A DNA stretch of 64,000 nt. Origin: Paludibacteraceae bacterium. Lineage in GTDB: Bacteria; Bacteroidota; Bacteroidia; Bacteroidales; Paludibacteraceae. The notes below the pieces were generated by a model. The model was not told the origin of the DNA. It did no database searches and was given only the letters and a program-made list of their open reading frames with translations. The stretch is taken from assembly GCA_905233935.1 (NCBI GenBank), contig CAJOFU010000002.1, positions 11,453 through 75,452 on the forward strand. The letters are read 5' to 3'. Position numbers and translations under genes: made by a program. Each line of letters starts with the position of its first letter. Within the stretch, counting starts at the first letter, position 1. Shown in pieces: positions 35,744-44,929 of the stretch.

Positions 35744-35775
35744 TTTGCATAATTGATTTTTTTTTAGTAACTTTG
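35744..35775 (+). promoter_or_regulatory. Bacteroidota-type promoter for murC
   Basis: TTTG at 35744-35747, 20 nt, TAACTTTG at 35768-35775. The ~95-nt leader carries hairpins tctcggcg/cgccgaga and ctcggt/accgag. Confidence 0.65.
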
Positions 35776-35875
35776 TACGCTTAATTGTGGGCAGGTCTCG
35801 GCGGAACAACGCCGAGAGCCGAACTTAAACTCGGTAGAACTGCACCGAGAGCAAGACAAAGATGCGACAAACACT

Positions 35876-37336
35876 ATGAGTGAGACAAATAAACAGATAT
35901 TTTTCTTGGGCATCGGGGGCATCGGAATGAGTGCCTTGGCGCGGTATTACAAGCATGAAGGCTATACCGTGGCAGGGTATGATCGTACGCCATCAGATCT
36001 GACGCGGGCATTGGAGAATGAGGGAATAGAGATCGTCTATGGAGACGATCAATTGGAGATTGGAGATTGGAGATTGAAGCTATCTACTGAGGATACGTTG
36101 GTAGTTCGGACACCGGCTGTGCCGGAGAACAACAGCATCTACACGTACTTGCGGGAACAAGGATTTACGATACTGAAGCGCGCAGAAGCCTTAGGGAAGA
36201 TAACAGCCACGAAGAAAGCACTATGTGTGGCAGGTACTCACGGAAAGACGACGACAAGCACGATCCTCGCTCACTTGATGGCGGTGCATGGAAAGAACGA
36301 ACACGGACTTACACGGAAAGGCACGGAAAATAATTGTTCACAGATTAATCAGATTAAACAGATAGGTGACGGTGTGAACGCATTTCTTGGAGGAATAAGC
36401 GAGAACTACAAGACGAATCTGCTGTTGGATAAAGAGAGCGAATATGTGGTGGTTGAGGCAGATGAGTTTGACAGGAGTTTTCATCACCTGCGACCGTATA
36501 TGACGGTTGTGACGAGTGTCGATCCGGATCACCTGGATATATACGGTACACCGGAAGCTTACAGAGAGAGTTTTGAGCACTATTGCTCGCTGGTATCAAA
36601 CACCATATTACTCAAGTACGGCCTCCAAGACAAGCTGCATATCCAAAGCCAAGCGAGGGTGCTCACCTACTCTGCCGAGGATACACGGGCGAACTTTTAT
36701 GCCGCGAATATTGCAACGAAGGGCGGGACGATTACATTCGACCTGCATTATCCCGACGGAGTCATCGGGAAAATACAATTGGGTGTGCCGGTTTGGGTGA
36801 ATATAGAGAACAGTGTGGCAGCGGCGGCAATAGCCCTGTTGAATGGCGTAACGGAGGATGAAGTGCGTAGTGGGTTGGCAACGTTTAAGGGTGTACACAG
36901 ACGGTTCAATATCCATGTGCAGACACCGGAAGTGGCGTATATAGATGACTACGCGCACCATCCGCAAGAGATAGCTGCGTCGATTGCATCGGTAAGGAAG
37001 TTATACCCCGAACGGCACTTATTAGGCATCTTCCAGCCACACTTATATACTCGTACAAGGGATTTTGCCGATGAATTTGCAGCCGTGCTATCGACGCTGG
37101 ATGAGGTGATCTTGCTGCCTATCTATCCGGCACGCGAACTGCCGATTGAAGGCGTGAAATCGGAAATGCTGCTAAACAAGATTACGCTGCGCGATAAGCA
37201 CTTGTTAAGCAAAGAAGCACTGTTGGCGGAGATCGGTGAGCGAGCAAGGAAGATGGCACCGGTGGCTGTGCTGACAATTGGTGCGGGAGATGTGGACAGG
37301 TTGGTTTCCGCGATTGCGGAAACGTTAAATGGTTAA
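35876..37336 (+). CDS. murC: UDP-N-acetylmuramate--L-alanine ligase MurC (with repeat-encoded inserts)
   Basis: GIGGIGMSALA, GTHGKTTTSTIL, EADEFDRSF, DPDHLDIYGT, and DDYAHHP motifs. Confidence 0.95.
   Translation: MSETNKQIFFLGIGGIGMSALARYYKHEGYTVAGYDRTPSDLTRALENEGIEIVYGDDQLEIGDWRLKLSTEDTLVVRTPAVPENNSIYTYLREQGFTILKRAEALGKITATKKALCVAGTHGKTTTSTILAHLMAVHGKNEHGLTRKGTENNCSQINQIKQIGDGVNAFLGGISENYKTNLLLDKESEYVVVEADEFDRSFHHLRPYMTVVTSVDPDHLDIYGTPEAYRESFEHYCSLVSNTILLKYGLQDKLHIQSQARVLTYSAEDTRANFYAANIATKGGTITFDLHYPDGVIGKIQLGVPVWVNIENSVAAAAIALLNGVTEDEVRSGLATFKGVHRRFNIHVQTPEVAYIDDYAHHPQEIAASIASVRKLYPERHLLGIFQPHLYTRTRDFADEFAAVLSTLDEVILLPIYPARELPIEGVKSEMLLNKITLRDKHLLSKEALLAEIGERARKMAPVAVLTIGAGDVDRLVSAIAETLNG
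36053..36080. repeat. Period-7 array inside murC (4 units)
   Basis: ttggaga ttggaga ttggaga ttgaagc; encodes ...LEIGDWRLK... Confidence 0.8.
36302..36367. repeat. Period-10 (x3) then period-9 (x3) arrays inside murC
   Basis: cacggactta cacggaaagg cacggaaaat ... cagattaat cagattaaa cagataggt; encodes ...HGLTRKGTENNCSQINQIKQIG... Confidence 0.8.
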
Positions 37337-38069
37337 AGTGATTAGGAAACGGACAATAGTAGATGCATTGATTGTGGCGGCGATGGTTGCCCTTGTGATT
37401 GTGTGTGGTGTGGAGGGATTACGCAGAACAGCGGATCCCGTGTGCACTAAGATTACAATTATCATCAAGGACAGCACCGAGCGGCAATATGTCAGCGTAG
37501 GCGAACTAAAGCAACAACTGCACCAGGCAGGACTATGGCAGATAGGCGAACCACTATCAAAGATCCATTGTCATGAGATAGAGCAGCACCTGCTCACCCA
37601 CCCTATGTTGCGCCGTGCTGAATGTTACGAGCGTGCAAACGGCGAGGTGCGCATTATAGTCAAACAACGCCAGCCGGTTGTTCTGATCAAAGGCGACGAG
37701 GTGTATTACCTTGATACCGAGCGGAAAGTGATGCCGGTTCGTGCATCGGTGAACACGCCGGTAGTCGTTGTCAGCGGACGTATAGGCAAGCAACAGGCAG
37801 AAGGCGAGATGTACGATTTCGTTCTTTGGCTGCAAGACAATCGCTATTGGCGCGAGAAGATTCACACGATCCGCGTCATCAATCCGAAGATGATAGAGGC
37901 AGTTGATGACGAACACAAATACACCATTATCCTCGGTTCGCTCAACGGCGCAGAGAAACGGTTGAAAGCCTTGCAGAAACTTTATGAAGAGGGATTTGAA
38001 AAAATCGGGTACCCCGAATACAAACAGATAGATTTACAATTTAACGGTCAGATAGTAGGGAGAAAATAA
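37329..38069 (+). CDS. ftsQ: Cell division protein FtsQ
   Basis: Single N-terminal TM segment, POTRA-like domain; position between murC and ftsA. Confidence 0.85.
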   Translation: MVKVIRKRTIVDALIVAAMVALVIVCGVEGLRRTADPVCTKITIIIKDSTERQYVSVGELKQQLHQAGLWQIGEPLSKIHCHEIEQHLLTHPMLRRAECYERANGEVRIIVKQRQPVVLIKGDEVYYLDTERKVMPVRASVNTPVVVVSGRIGKQQAEGEMYDFVLWLQDNRYWREKIHTIRVINPKMIEAVDDEHKYTIILGSLNGAEKRLKALQKLYEEGFEKIGYPEYKQIDLQFNGQIVGRK

Positions 38070-38070
38070 T

Positions 38071-39324
38071 ATGGTTAGGAAGACAGATTTACCACAACCC
38101 ATCGTTGCGATGAACATTGGCAGTTCGTGTGTGCGGGCAATAGCAGCAGACTGGGATGAGCGTCATAACACGCTCCATATCCTCGGTTGCGAGACATCCA
38201 ACCGTCACCAGAGCGTAGAGAAAGGAATACCGACAAACTCCAGCGATGTGGGGTTTGTGCTGAACGAGACGTGGAAGAAACTGAACAACCGCGTAGGTCG
38301 CGGAGAGTTAAAGAATATATTTGTGTGCGTAGGCGGACGTTCGCTGCAATCCGTTCACGTTGAAGCACACCGTGAGCAACGGCGTACGGAGATCAAGCAG
38401 AAATTGATCAACGAGATGATCCGCGAGTGCTCGGAGAAGATCGAGGCACGCACTCCGGCAGCGGGTGTACTGAGTGTACTACCCGAGCGTTGGGAAGTGG
38501 ATGAAAAGGACTACGACGAAAAACCACTTGGCGTAATAGGCAGAGACATAACGCTCTATGCCACAGCATTTGTGATGCGTAAGGAATATTGCACAAAGAT
38601 GGAAGATACCATCAAACGTGCGGGATTAGCGATCTTCAACCGCGAGGTAATCCCCGATGCGTGCGTAACCGCCCTGACGACTGACGAGGAACGTGAGAGC
38701 GGTTGTGCTGTGATTGATATGGGAGCACAGACCACTACCCTAACCATCTATAAAGGCAACCAATTCCAACTTACAAAGGTTGTGCCGCTGGGCGGCTATC
38801 ATGTGAGTCATGATATAGAGACTCTTGGAATCTCCGCCGTGAACGCAGAGAAACTCAAGTGCAAATGGGGAACGCTGAATCTGAAGCCCGACGAGGTTAA
38901 TAAAGGTCTGCGTGTTCCGGCAGCTCGTGAAGGCGAGGAACCGCTGATTGTCACCCGTGGCAACCTGAGTTCCATCATTGCGTGCCGTGTGAACGAGATA
39001 CTGATGCCCCTACTTGCAGAGGTTGAGAAGATAGAAGACATCGGCACGATTTACCTGACAGGAGGTGCATCGATGCTACGCGGGATCGTACCTTTCCTGA
39101 AAAAGAAAACCTCAATACCTATCGAATACGGTTCGCACGCGCAATGGCTGGCTGCGGAAACGGATGTTGAATACTATCAGCCGCTGTATAGTCCGCTCAT
39201 TGGCACCTTGCTGCTCGGGCAGATGTACAAAGACGAACATCCTGACGAGGAACCCCAACCGCAGACCATGCTCGGCAGGTTCAAGAAAGAGTTGACGGAT
39301 TTGTTTGGAGGGGAAGATTTTTAG
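38071..39324 (+). CDS. ftsA: Cell division protein FtsA
   Basis: Actin-fold motifs (VAMNIGSS.VRA, AVIDMGAQTTTLTIY, IYLTGGASMLRGI). Confidence 0.9.
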   Translation: MVRKTDLPQPIVAMNIGSSCVRAIAADWDERHNTLHILGCETSNRHQSVEKGIPTNSSDVGFVLNETWKKLNNRVGRGELKNIFVCVGGRSLQSVHVEAHREQRRTEIKQKLINEMIRECSEKIEARTPAAGVLSVLPERWEVDEKDYDEKPLGVIGRDITLYATAFVMRKEYCTKMEDTIKRAGLAIFNREVIPDACVTALTTDEERESGCAVIDMGAQTTTLTIYKGNQFQLTKVVPLGGYHVSHDIETLGISAVNAEKLKCKWGTLNLKPDEVNKGLRVPAAREGEEPLIVTRGNLSSIIACRVNEILMPLLAEVEKIEDIGTIYLTGGASMLRGIVPFLKKKTSIPIEYGSHAQWLAAETDVEYYQPLYSPLIGTLLLGQMYKDEHPDEEPQPQTMLGRFKKELTDLFGGEDF

Positions 39325-39386
39325 TAGGCAGCCATATATGGCTGCCACATAACAACGATTATTAACGCGCTAATACACATAACATT

Positions 39387-40691
39387 ATGACAGAGATTAT
39401 ACCTTTACCACTGGATTTGGAAGCCGAGAGCATCATCAAAGTAATGGGCGTCGGTGGCGGTGGCGGCAACGCTGTGAATCACATGTACAAGATGGGCATC
39501 AAAGATGTCAGTTTCCTCGTATGTAATACCGATAGGATAGCCCTCGGGCAGTCGAGTGTGCCATCCAAACTGCAACTTGGTCCGGGACTTGGCGCAGGTG
39601 GCAAACCTGAACGCGCACGTGAACTGGCTAACGAGAACCGCGATCGTATCCGCGAGGCGTTGGATGATGGCACGAAGATGCTGTTCATCACTGCCGGAAT
39701 GGGTGGCGGTACAGGTACAGGTGCGTCGCCTATCGTTGCCGAGGTAGCGCAAGACATGGAGATTCTGACGGTAGGTATAGTGACTATCCCGTTTGCGTTT
39801 GAAGGCAAACCGAAGATCCGTAAAGCCTTAGTCGGTGTAGCCGAACTGGCGGAACATGTTGACGCACTGCTCGTGATCAACAACGAGAAGCTGTGCAAGA
39901 TATTCCCTGATCTGGATCTACCCAACGCCTTCGACAAATCCGATGACGTCGTGGCTAATGCCGCCAAGTCGATTGCGGAAATCATCACTGTGCCTGGCTA
40001 TATCAATACGGACTTTGCCGATGTATATAACACCTTAAAGAAAGGCGGCGTAGCCATCATGAACGTCGGTCAGGCAAGCGGTGAGGAGCGAATCACCAAA
40101 GCCATCAAGAACGCCTTGGAGTCGCCGCTGGTGAACACCAACGACGTACGCGGTGCATCGCGTGTGCTGCTGCAGTTCTACTGCTCGCACGAGAACGCCA
40201 TCCGAATGAACGAGTTCAGCCAGATTACGGAGTTCGTTGAGCAGGTAGGTGACGAGGTAGAAGTTCAGTGGGGCGCAAGTTATGATGACAGTTTGGGCGA
40301 CGATGTGCGCGTGACGATCATCGCTACCGGCTACAGCGTAAGCGATATACCGGGCATCAATGCAATCCCTGTGGAGATTATTCATCCGCAAGAACAGGCA
40401 GAGGAACCCAAAGCACCACAGCAACCCGAGAGCATTGAAGATGCCATGGGACGATTCTATCCTGTAGAGCCGGAAACGCCAAAGGCTCCTGAGGTTCCCG
40501 AAACACCGGAAACGCCGGATAATCCAGAGATTCAAGAAACGCCCGAACAGCCTGAGACTCCGGCACAACCCGCACAACCGGCAGCAAAGCCCAATGTAGT
40601 CAAGAGCGATGTAATGGACTTCATCGACTTCGACGATGATGAAGCCTTGGCAGGTGCAGAGGAACAACCGGCGTGGATGAGGAGGAGATGA
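39387..40691 (+). CDS. ftsZ: Cell division protein FtsZ with Pro/Glu/Thr-rich C-terminal linker
   Basis: GVGGGGGNAVNHM and GMGGGTGTGASP signatures; PETPxxPE repeats at roughly 40462-40593. Confidence 0.95.
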   Translation: MTEIIPLPLDLEAESIIKVMGVGGGGGNAVNHMYKMGIKDVSFLVCNTDRIALGQSSVPSKLQLGPGLGAGGKPERARELANENRDRIREALDDGTKMLFITAGMGGGTGTGASPIVAEVAQDMEILTVGIVTIPFAFEGKPKIRKALVGVAELAEHVDALLVINNEKLCKIFPDLDLPNAFDKSDDVVANAAKSIAEIITVPGYINTDFADVYNTLKKGGVAIMNVGQASGEERITKAIKNALESPLVNTNDVRGASRVLLQFYCSHENAIRMNEFSQITEFVEQVGDEVEVQWGASYDDSLGDDVRVTIIATGYSVSDIPGINAIPVEIIHPQEQAEEPKAPQQPESIEDAMGRFYPVEPETPKAPEVPETPETPDNPEIQETPEQPETPAQPAQPAAKPNVVKSDVMDFIDFDDDEALAGAEEQPAWMRRR

Positions 40692-40692
40692 C

Positions 40693-41358
40693 ATGACGTT
40701 AATAGATTCTGTAACTGCGTGGTACACGACACACATGAGTCACGCGTCGATTGTGGCGCTGATGGCTGTTGAGTCGTCGTTTATACCCTTCCCTTCCGAG
40801 GTGGTTATTCCTCCGGCAGCCTACGTGGCAGGTAATCCTGACAGCGTGCTATGCGTGACGGGAAACTATCTAATGGATGTTTTTCTGATTGTGCTGTCGG
40901 GCACTATAGGCGCGATGCTTGGCGCAATCATCAATTACCTGTTGTCACTTTGGCTCGGGCGATTAGTGATATACAAGTTCGCTGACAGCAAGTTAGGACA
41001 TCTGTGTCTGCTCAACAGCGACAAGGTGCGCAAGGCAGAGGATTACTTCAACGAGCACGGCAAGATCTCCACGTTCGTCGGACGACTGATACCGGCTATC
41101 CGCCAACTCATCAGTATCCCGGCAGGTTTAGCCAAGATGCCTTTCGGGCAATTCCTACTCTACACCTTCCTTGGTGCGTTCCTTTGGAACACCGTGCTTG
41201 CCGTGTTAGGCTACGTGGCTCACGGTCAGGCTGACCTGATTAACGAATACAGCCATGAACTCAGCATTGTGCTGATTGCGTTGTTCGGTTTGGGTGTTTT
41301 GTACGTAGTTGTCAAGCAGGTCATCAAGTTCCGCAAGGACAAAGCCGCTAACCCCTAA
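40693..41358 (+). CDS. DedA family membrane protein
   Basis: ESSFIPFPSE and GRLIPAIRQLISIPAG motifs. Confidence 0.85.
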   Translation: MTLIDSVTAWYTTHMSHASIVALMAVESSFIPFPSEVVIPPAAYVAGNPDSVLCVTGNYLMDVFLIVLSGTIGAMLGAIINYLLSLWLGRLVIYKFADSKLGHLCLLNSDKVRKAEDYFNEHGKISTFVGRLIPAIRQLISIPAGLAKMPFGQFLLYTFLGAFLWNTVLAVLGYVAHGQADLINEYSHELSIVLIALFGLGVLYVVVKQVIKFRKDKAANP

Positions 41359-41377
41359 CCCACTAATCCGCTAACCG
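41345..41377. repeat. Period-7/8 micro-tandem array at the dedA/comF junction
   Basis: cgctaac ccctaac ccactaat ccgctaac cg (CTAA at 41348, 41355, 41363 and 41371). Confidence 0.65.
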
Positions 41378-42079
41378 ATGTTATCCAGCGTATTAGAATT
41401 ATTCTACCCCTCGTTGTGCATAGTGTGCGGACGAGGGGTAGATGCGTATAATACGCTGTGCGACGAGTGTTTGAGGAAATTGCCGCGCACCGAGCATCGT
41501 ATATTGCGCGAGAACAAAGTGGAGATGCTGTTCAATGAGATCAATAATCGTCCGCGCAAGCATTGGGACAGACCACGGTTTGTGCGTGGCGGCTCATGGT
41601 TGCACTATGACGATAATGTGGTGAAAGTCATTCATGCTGCCAAGTTCTATGAACGGCCTGAACTGGCGGAGTTCCTCGGCAGACAGGCAGCCCTTGAATG
41701 GCAGGAAACTGGATTCTTTGAGGACATTGATTTGCTTGTGCCGGTTCCTATTCATCCCCGGCGACTGAATGAGCGCGGATATAACCAGAGCGAATATATC
41801 TGTCGAGGATTAGCGTCGGTGCTGAATCTGCCTATTGACACCACAACCCTTCATCGCGTAATCAACACGCCCAAACAATCTCAACTGACGGACGCTGAGC
41901 GCAAGACGAACGTCGAGCGTGCATTCCATATACCTGAACCTATCTGTTGGCACAAGAAGCATATTCTGCTCGTGGATGACGTAATAACCACCGGTGCCAC
42001 TATCCGTAACTGTATAAAAGAGATAACGCCTATCCGAACATGTCAGATAAGCGTTTTCTCATTAGTCGTTGCTCGCTGA
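41378..42079 (+). CDS. comF: ComF family protein (phosphoribosyltransferase domain)
   Basis: N-terminal CxxC...CxxC; PRT motif ILLVDDVITTGATI. Confidence 0.85.
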   Translation: MLSSVLELFYPSLCIVCGRGVDAYNTLCDECLRKLPRTEHRILRENKVEMLFNEINNRPRKHWDRPRFVRGGSWLHYDDNVVKVIHAAKFYERPELAEFLGRQAALEWQETGFFEDIDLLVPVPIHPRRLNERGYNQSEYICRGLASVLNLPIDTTTLHRVINTPKQSQLTDAERKTNVERAFHIPEPICWHKKHILLVDDVITTGATIRNCIKEITPIRTCQISVFSLVVAR

Positions 42080-42101
42080 AGCGAGCAGCCAATATTGGCT
42101 G
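42071..42101. terminator. Two adjacent hairpins between convergent genes (bidirectional terminator candidate)
   Basis: gctcgc-tgaa-gcgagc (42071-42086) and the palindrome cagccaatattggctg (42086-42101). Confidence 0.6.
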
Positions 42102-42105
42102 ACTA

Positions 42106-43410
42106 TTAGATGAAGATCAATTGAACGATGATGTAGATCGGCAAGCAAACGATGAGCGAGAATTTGATCATGTAGCCGAAGAACGACGGCATATCAATAC
42201 CACTTTGCTCAGCGATAGACTTAACCATGAAGTTAGGTCCATTGCCAATATACGTCAGGGCGCCAAAGAATACTGCACCCATTGATATTGCTTTCATAAA
42301 TTCCGGAGCAATACCTGCAACCAATTCTACACCCGGTACATCAATAGTGGTAGCCGTAGCGTGGAATACCATAGCGGTAGGCGCATTGTCGAGGAATGCA
42401 CTCAGAGCACCGGTGCAATATACGAACTGCCACGGCTCAGAAACCGGCAGCGGGTTCTGCTGCAAGAACATCAAGGCAGGAGTCATCGTAGCGAAGATGC
42501 CGAGGAACACGCAAGCCACTTCGAGAATCGGAGTCCAGCTGTAACTGTTGTCCGTACGAACTTTCTTCGGAGTAGTAATCCAGCTCAGAGCGATGATAAT
42601 GATGAATGCCCACTCACGCAGAAGCTTGAGATACCAAGGTGCGTCATGCTCGCCCATTGCAGGGATGTACGTCGAGTTGATGAACATTGTGGAGCAAATA
42701 ACGCAGAGCAGCCAAACGATGTTAATCAGACCGGTTGTAGTCAGTTTCTTTGCTTCACGGATATCCGCTTGAAGGTTAGCCTCAGGCTCCTTGCGGTACA
42801 GATACATATCTACGATGAAGTAAACACCAAGCAGCAATGCACCTGTCACAGCCCACTCGGGCAACATGTTCTGCATCCACCACATAAACGGTGTACCCTT
42901 CTGGAACAACAGGAACAACGGGGGATCACCAAGCGGCGAGAGCAAACCACCGCAGTTAGCTACAATAGCAATGAAGAAAAGCACGGTGTGTACTTTGTAC
43001 TTACGTTGCTTGATCGTTTCAATCAACAGACGGATGAGCAACATGGCAGCACCGGTTGTACCCATAAACGAAGCCAGCACCCAGCCGAGAGCCATAATCT
43101 TCGTGTTGGTGAACGGTGTAGCCTTCAAGTCACCGCGGATACAAATACCACCGGTGGTAACAAACAGCGCCATCAACAACAGGATAAACGGCACATAGTC
43201 GTAGATCATCTGGTGAATCAGGTCGTGGCTCATGCCATTGACACACAGCCAGATACCTACCGGCACACCGAGAATCAGCGAGACATACAACTTGTGTATG
43301 TTCTCTTCCCACCACTCACCTACATGAGGAATAAGCGGCAGGACAGCGATGCAGAGGAGCATCACTACGAACGGGATTAACATCCACGCAGGAATCAAAT
43401 GTTCAATCAT
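42106..43410 (-). CDS. ArsB/NhaD-superfamily ion transporter (putative Na+/H+ antiporter)
   Basis: ATG at 43410 (MIEHLIPAWMLIPFVVMLLCIAVLPLI...WWEEN); polytopic along its whole length. Confidence 0.65.
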   Translation of the reverse strand: MIEHLIPAWMLIPFVVMLLCIAVLPLIPHVGEWWEENIHKLYVSLILGVPVGIWLCVNGMSHDLIHQMIYDYVPFILLLMALFVTTGGICIRGDLKATPFTNTKIMALGWVLASFMGTTGAAMLLIRLLIETIKQRKYKVHTVLFFIAIVANCGGLLSPLGDPPLFLLFQKGTPFMWWMQNMLPEWAVTGALLLGVYFIVDMYLYRKEPEANLQADIREAKKLTTTGLINIVWLLCVICSTMFINSTYIPAMGEHDAPWYLKLLREWAFIIIIALSWITTPKKVRTDNSYSWTPILEVACVFLGIFATMTPALMFLQQNPLPVSEPWQFVYCTGALSAFLDNAPTAMVFHATATTIDVPGVELVAGIAPEFMKAISMGAVFFGALTYIGNGPNFMVKSIAEQSGIDMPSFFGYMIKFSLIVCLPIYIIVQLIFI

Positions 43411-43455
43411 GATTGTATATTGTTGGTTATGGTTATTGCCCAAACTATTGCGTTG

Positions 43456-43487
43456 CAAAGATACGATTTTTTTTCGACATTTGCAAA
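43456..43487 (-). promoter_or_regulatory. Bacteroidota-type promoter for the transporter gene
   Basis: Minus strand: TTTG (43484-43487), 20 nt, TATCTTTG (43456-43463). Confidence 0.6.
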
Positions 43488-43569
43488 TTTGTTGTCATTT
43501 TTTTCGCAAAATACAGAAGAATTCTGCAATTTGTAACAAAATTTCGCATTGCCAGACATTCTGCAAGCA

Positions 43570-44910
43570 TTATTCTGCATCAAACTCTATCTGCTGCGAC
43601 GGAAGGATGAAGTCGGATGTGATGCTCACGTTACCCGATTTGGCAACCGCCTTGCGGATAGTGCAGGTCAGTTCGTCGCCCGGCAATAGTCCGCGTAGTG
43701 ACTGCTCGGCACGCACACCGCCCACCGTAACGAACACATCGCGATAGATCGGCGCGATGCCGGTGTTGGTAATCACAATACGTGTATCTGTACCATTTGT
43801 CTCGCACGAGAGAATCTTAAATCGATAACCAGATGCTATACCGGCTTCCGTCACACGCTCCGTGGTAAAATACTTGCCACTCGGAGCATCATTGCAGATG
43901 ATAAACGACATGTGGTACTTGGCTGCTGCTTGTTCCCATGTCACGCCGTACATGCCTTCGGGATTGAGAAAACTGCGCTGGTCGTTGCTGGTATAATAAC
44001 TGATCTCTCCGCCACACACACCTGATTTCCAATGCTCCAAGCCACTACCTATCCAACATTGCTCATTCCAGCCGTCGCCTTGCGAAAGATCGTGTTGAGC
44101 GTGCATAAATGAGTCATCAAACAAGCCGAAAGTCAGGTTCTTGGTATCCGAATCCGCGCACACATCCGAATACTCGCCATCGCCTATATCTATACTCACC
44201 AGCCAAGGCATTGTCATTACTTGTGACAGATGTAGGAAGAACTCGCGCTGATAAGCCTTGCTCGGGAAGTTCTTACCGAACTTCACTTTTGTTCCGTAGG
44301 TGTGGTACTCACCCCAGTGACCAAAGCCTACTTCAACAAACGCGATGCGAGGGTCATTGCCGTAACGCTCGGCTATGTCTTTGTAGAACTGCTTGACAAA
44401 CCATTGCAGTTCGCTGTGGCTCCAGTCGGGATACCACGTTGGACCATCACCACCGGGATCAGAGGAATAGGTCTCTTCGTAACCGTCCATTTCACGGATG
44501 TAGTCCGGCACGTACGTGCCACCTTTCTTATTTACGCAATTGTTGCGGTTCGACGGATAGCACAACGGAAAACGTACCACCATCTGATGTCCGCGTGAGG
44601 ATGCATCATTGAGTTTGTCCTCAAGGAACGTCCAGTCATATTGCAACGTTTCGCCGCTCTTGCCGGTCACGAGTTTGCAGGGCTGGATGTACGAGAACTC
44701 CAAGGCAATACATTTGCCATGTGTGGCGTGTTTGTTTGCAGCCTGTTCGTTCCACAGCACCATTCCGCACATAGGCTGTACGTGCGTCACACTGCTTTGC
44801 AGAGCAACGGGTTTGTAGTCTGACTTGTCTGCTCCCTTTTCACACGAAGTGAGCAAGATGATTCCGCCTACCGCAAAGGCGGCAATAGTCAACATAAGGT
44901 TCTTTTGCAT
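43570..44910 (-). CDS. Lipoprotein, DUF4832/DUF4874-like putative glycoside hydrolase
   Basis: ATG at 44910; lipobox ILLTSC; motif FVEVGFGHWGEYH, which I recall from DUF4832 proteins (unverified). Confidence 0.55.
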   Translation of the reverse strand: MQKNLMLTIAAFAVGGIILLTSCEKGADKSDYKPVALQSSVTHVQPMCGMVLWNEQAANKHATHGKCIALEFSYIQPCKLVTGKSGETLQYDWTFLEDKLNDASSRGHQMVVRFPLCYPSNRNNCVNKKGGTYVPDYIREMDGYEETYSSDPGGDGPTWYPDWSHSELQWFVKQFYKDIAERYGNDPRIAFVEVGFGHWGEYHTYGTKVKFGKNFPSKAYQREFFLHLSQVMTMPWLVSIDIGDGEYSDVCADSDTKNLTFGLFDDSFMHAQHDLSQGDGWNEQCWIGSGLEHWKSGVCGGEISYYTSNDQRSFLNPEGMYGVTWEQAAAKYHMSFIICNDAPSGKYFTTERVTEAGIASGYRFKILSCETNGTDTRIVITNTGIAPIYRDVFVTVGGVRAEQSLRGLLPGDELTCTIRKAVAKSGNVSITSDFILPSQQIEFDAE

Positions 44911-44929
44911 AGTATTGAATTTTAATGTA

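Noticed and set aside
32534-35875. Island as a tRNA-targeted integrative element
   Set aside because: There is no integrase, excisionase or transposase, and no direct repeat of a tRNA 3' end. The tRNA genes face the island with their 5' ends (promoter side). Only an 8-nt GGGATATA coincidence was seen at ~33800.
40462-40593. PETP-type repeats in the FtsZ C-terminal linker
   Set aside because: FtsZ linkers are commonly disordered, Pro/Glu-rich and variable in length, so this is expected biology rather than a novelty.
40035-40736. 233-aa minus-strand ORF
   Set aside because: It is antisense to ftsZ, whose tubulin signature is intact.
42361-43380. 339-aa ORF on the plus strand
   Set aside because: It lies entirely antisense to a polytopic transporter gene that has a promoter and a sensible start. 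The translated sequence is low-complexity (H/Q/R-rich), typical of a shadow frame.
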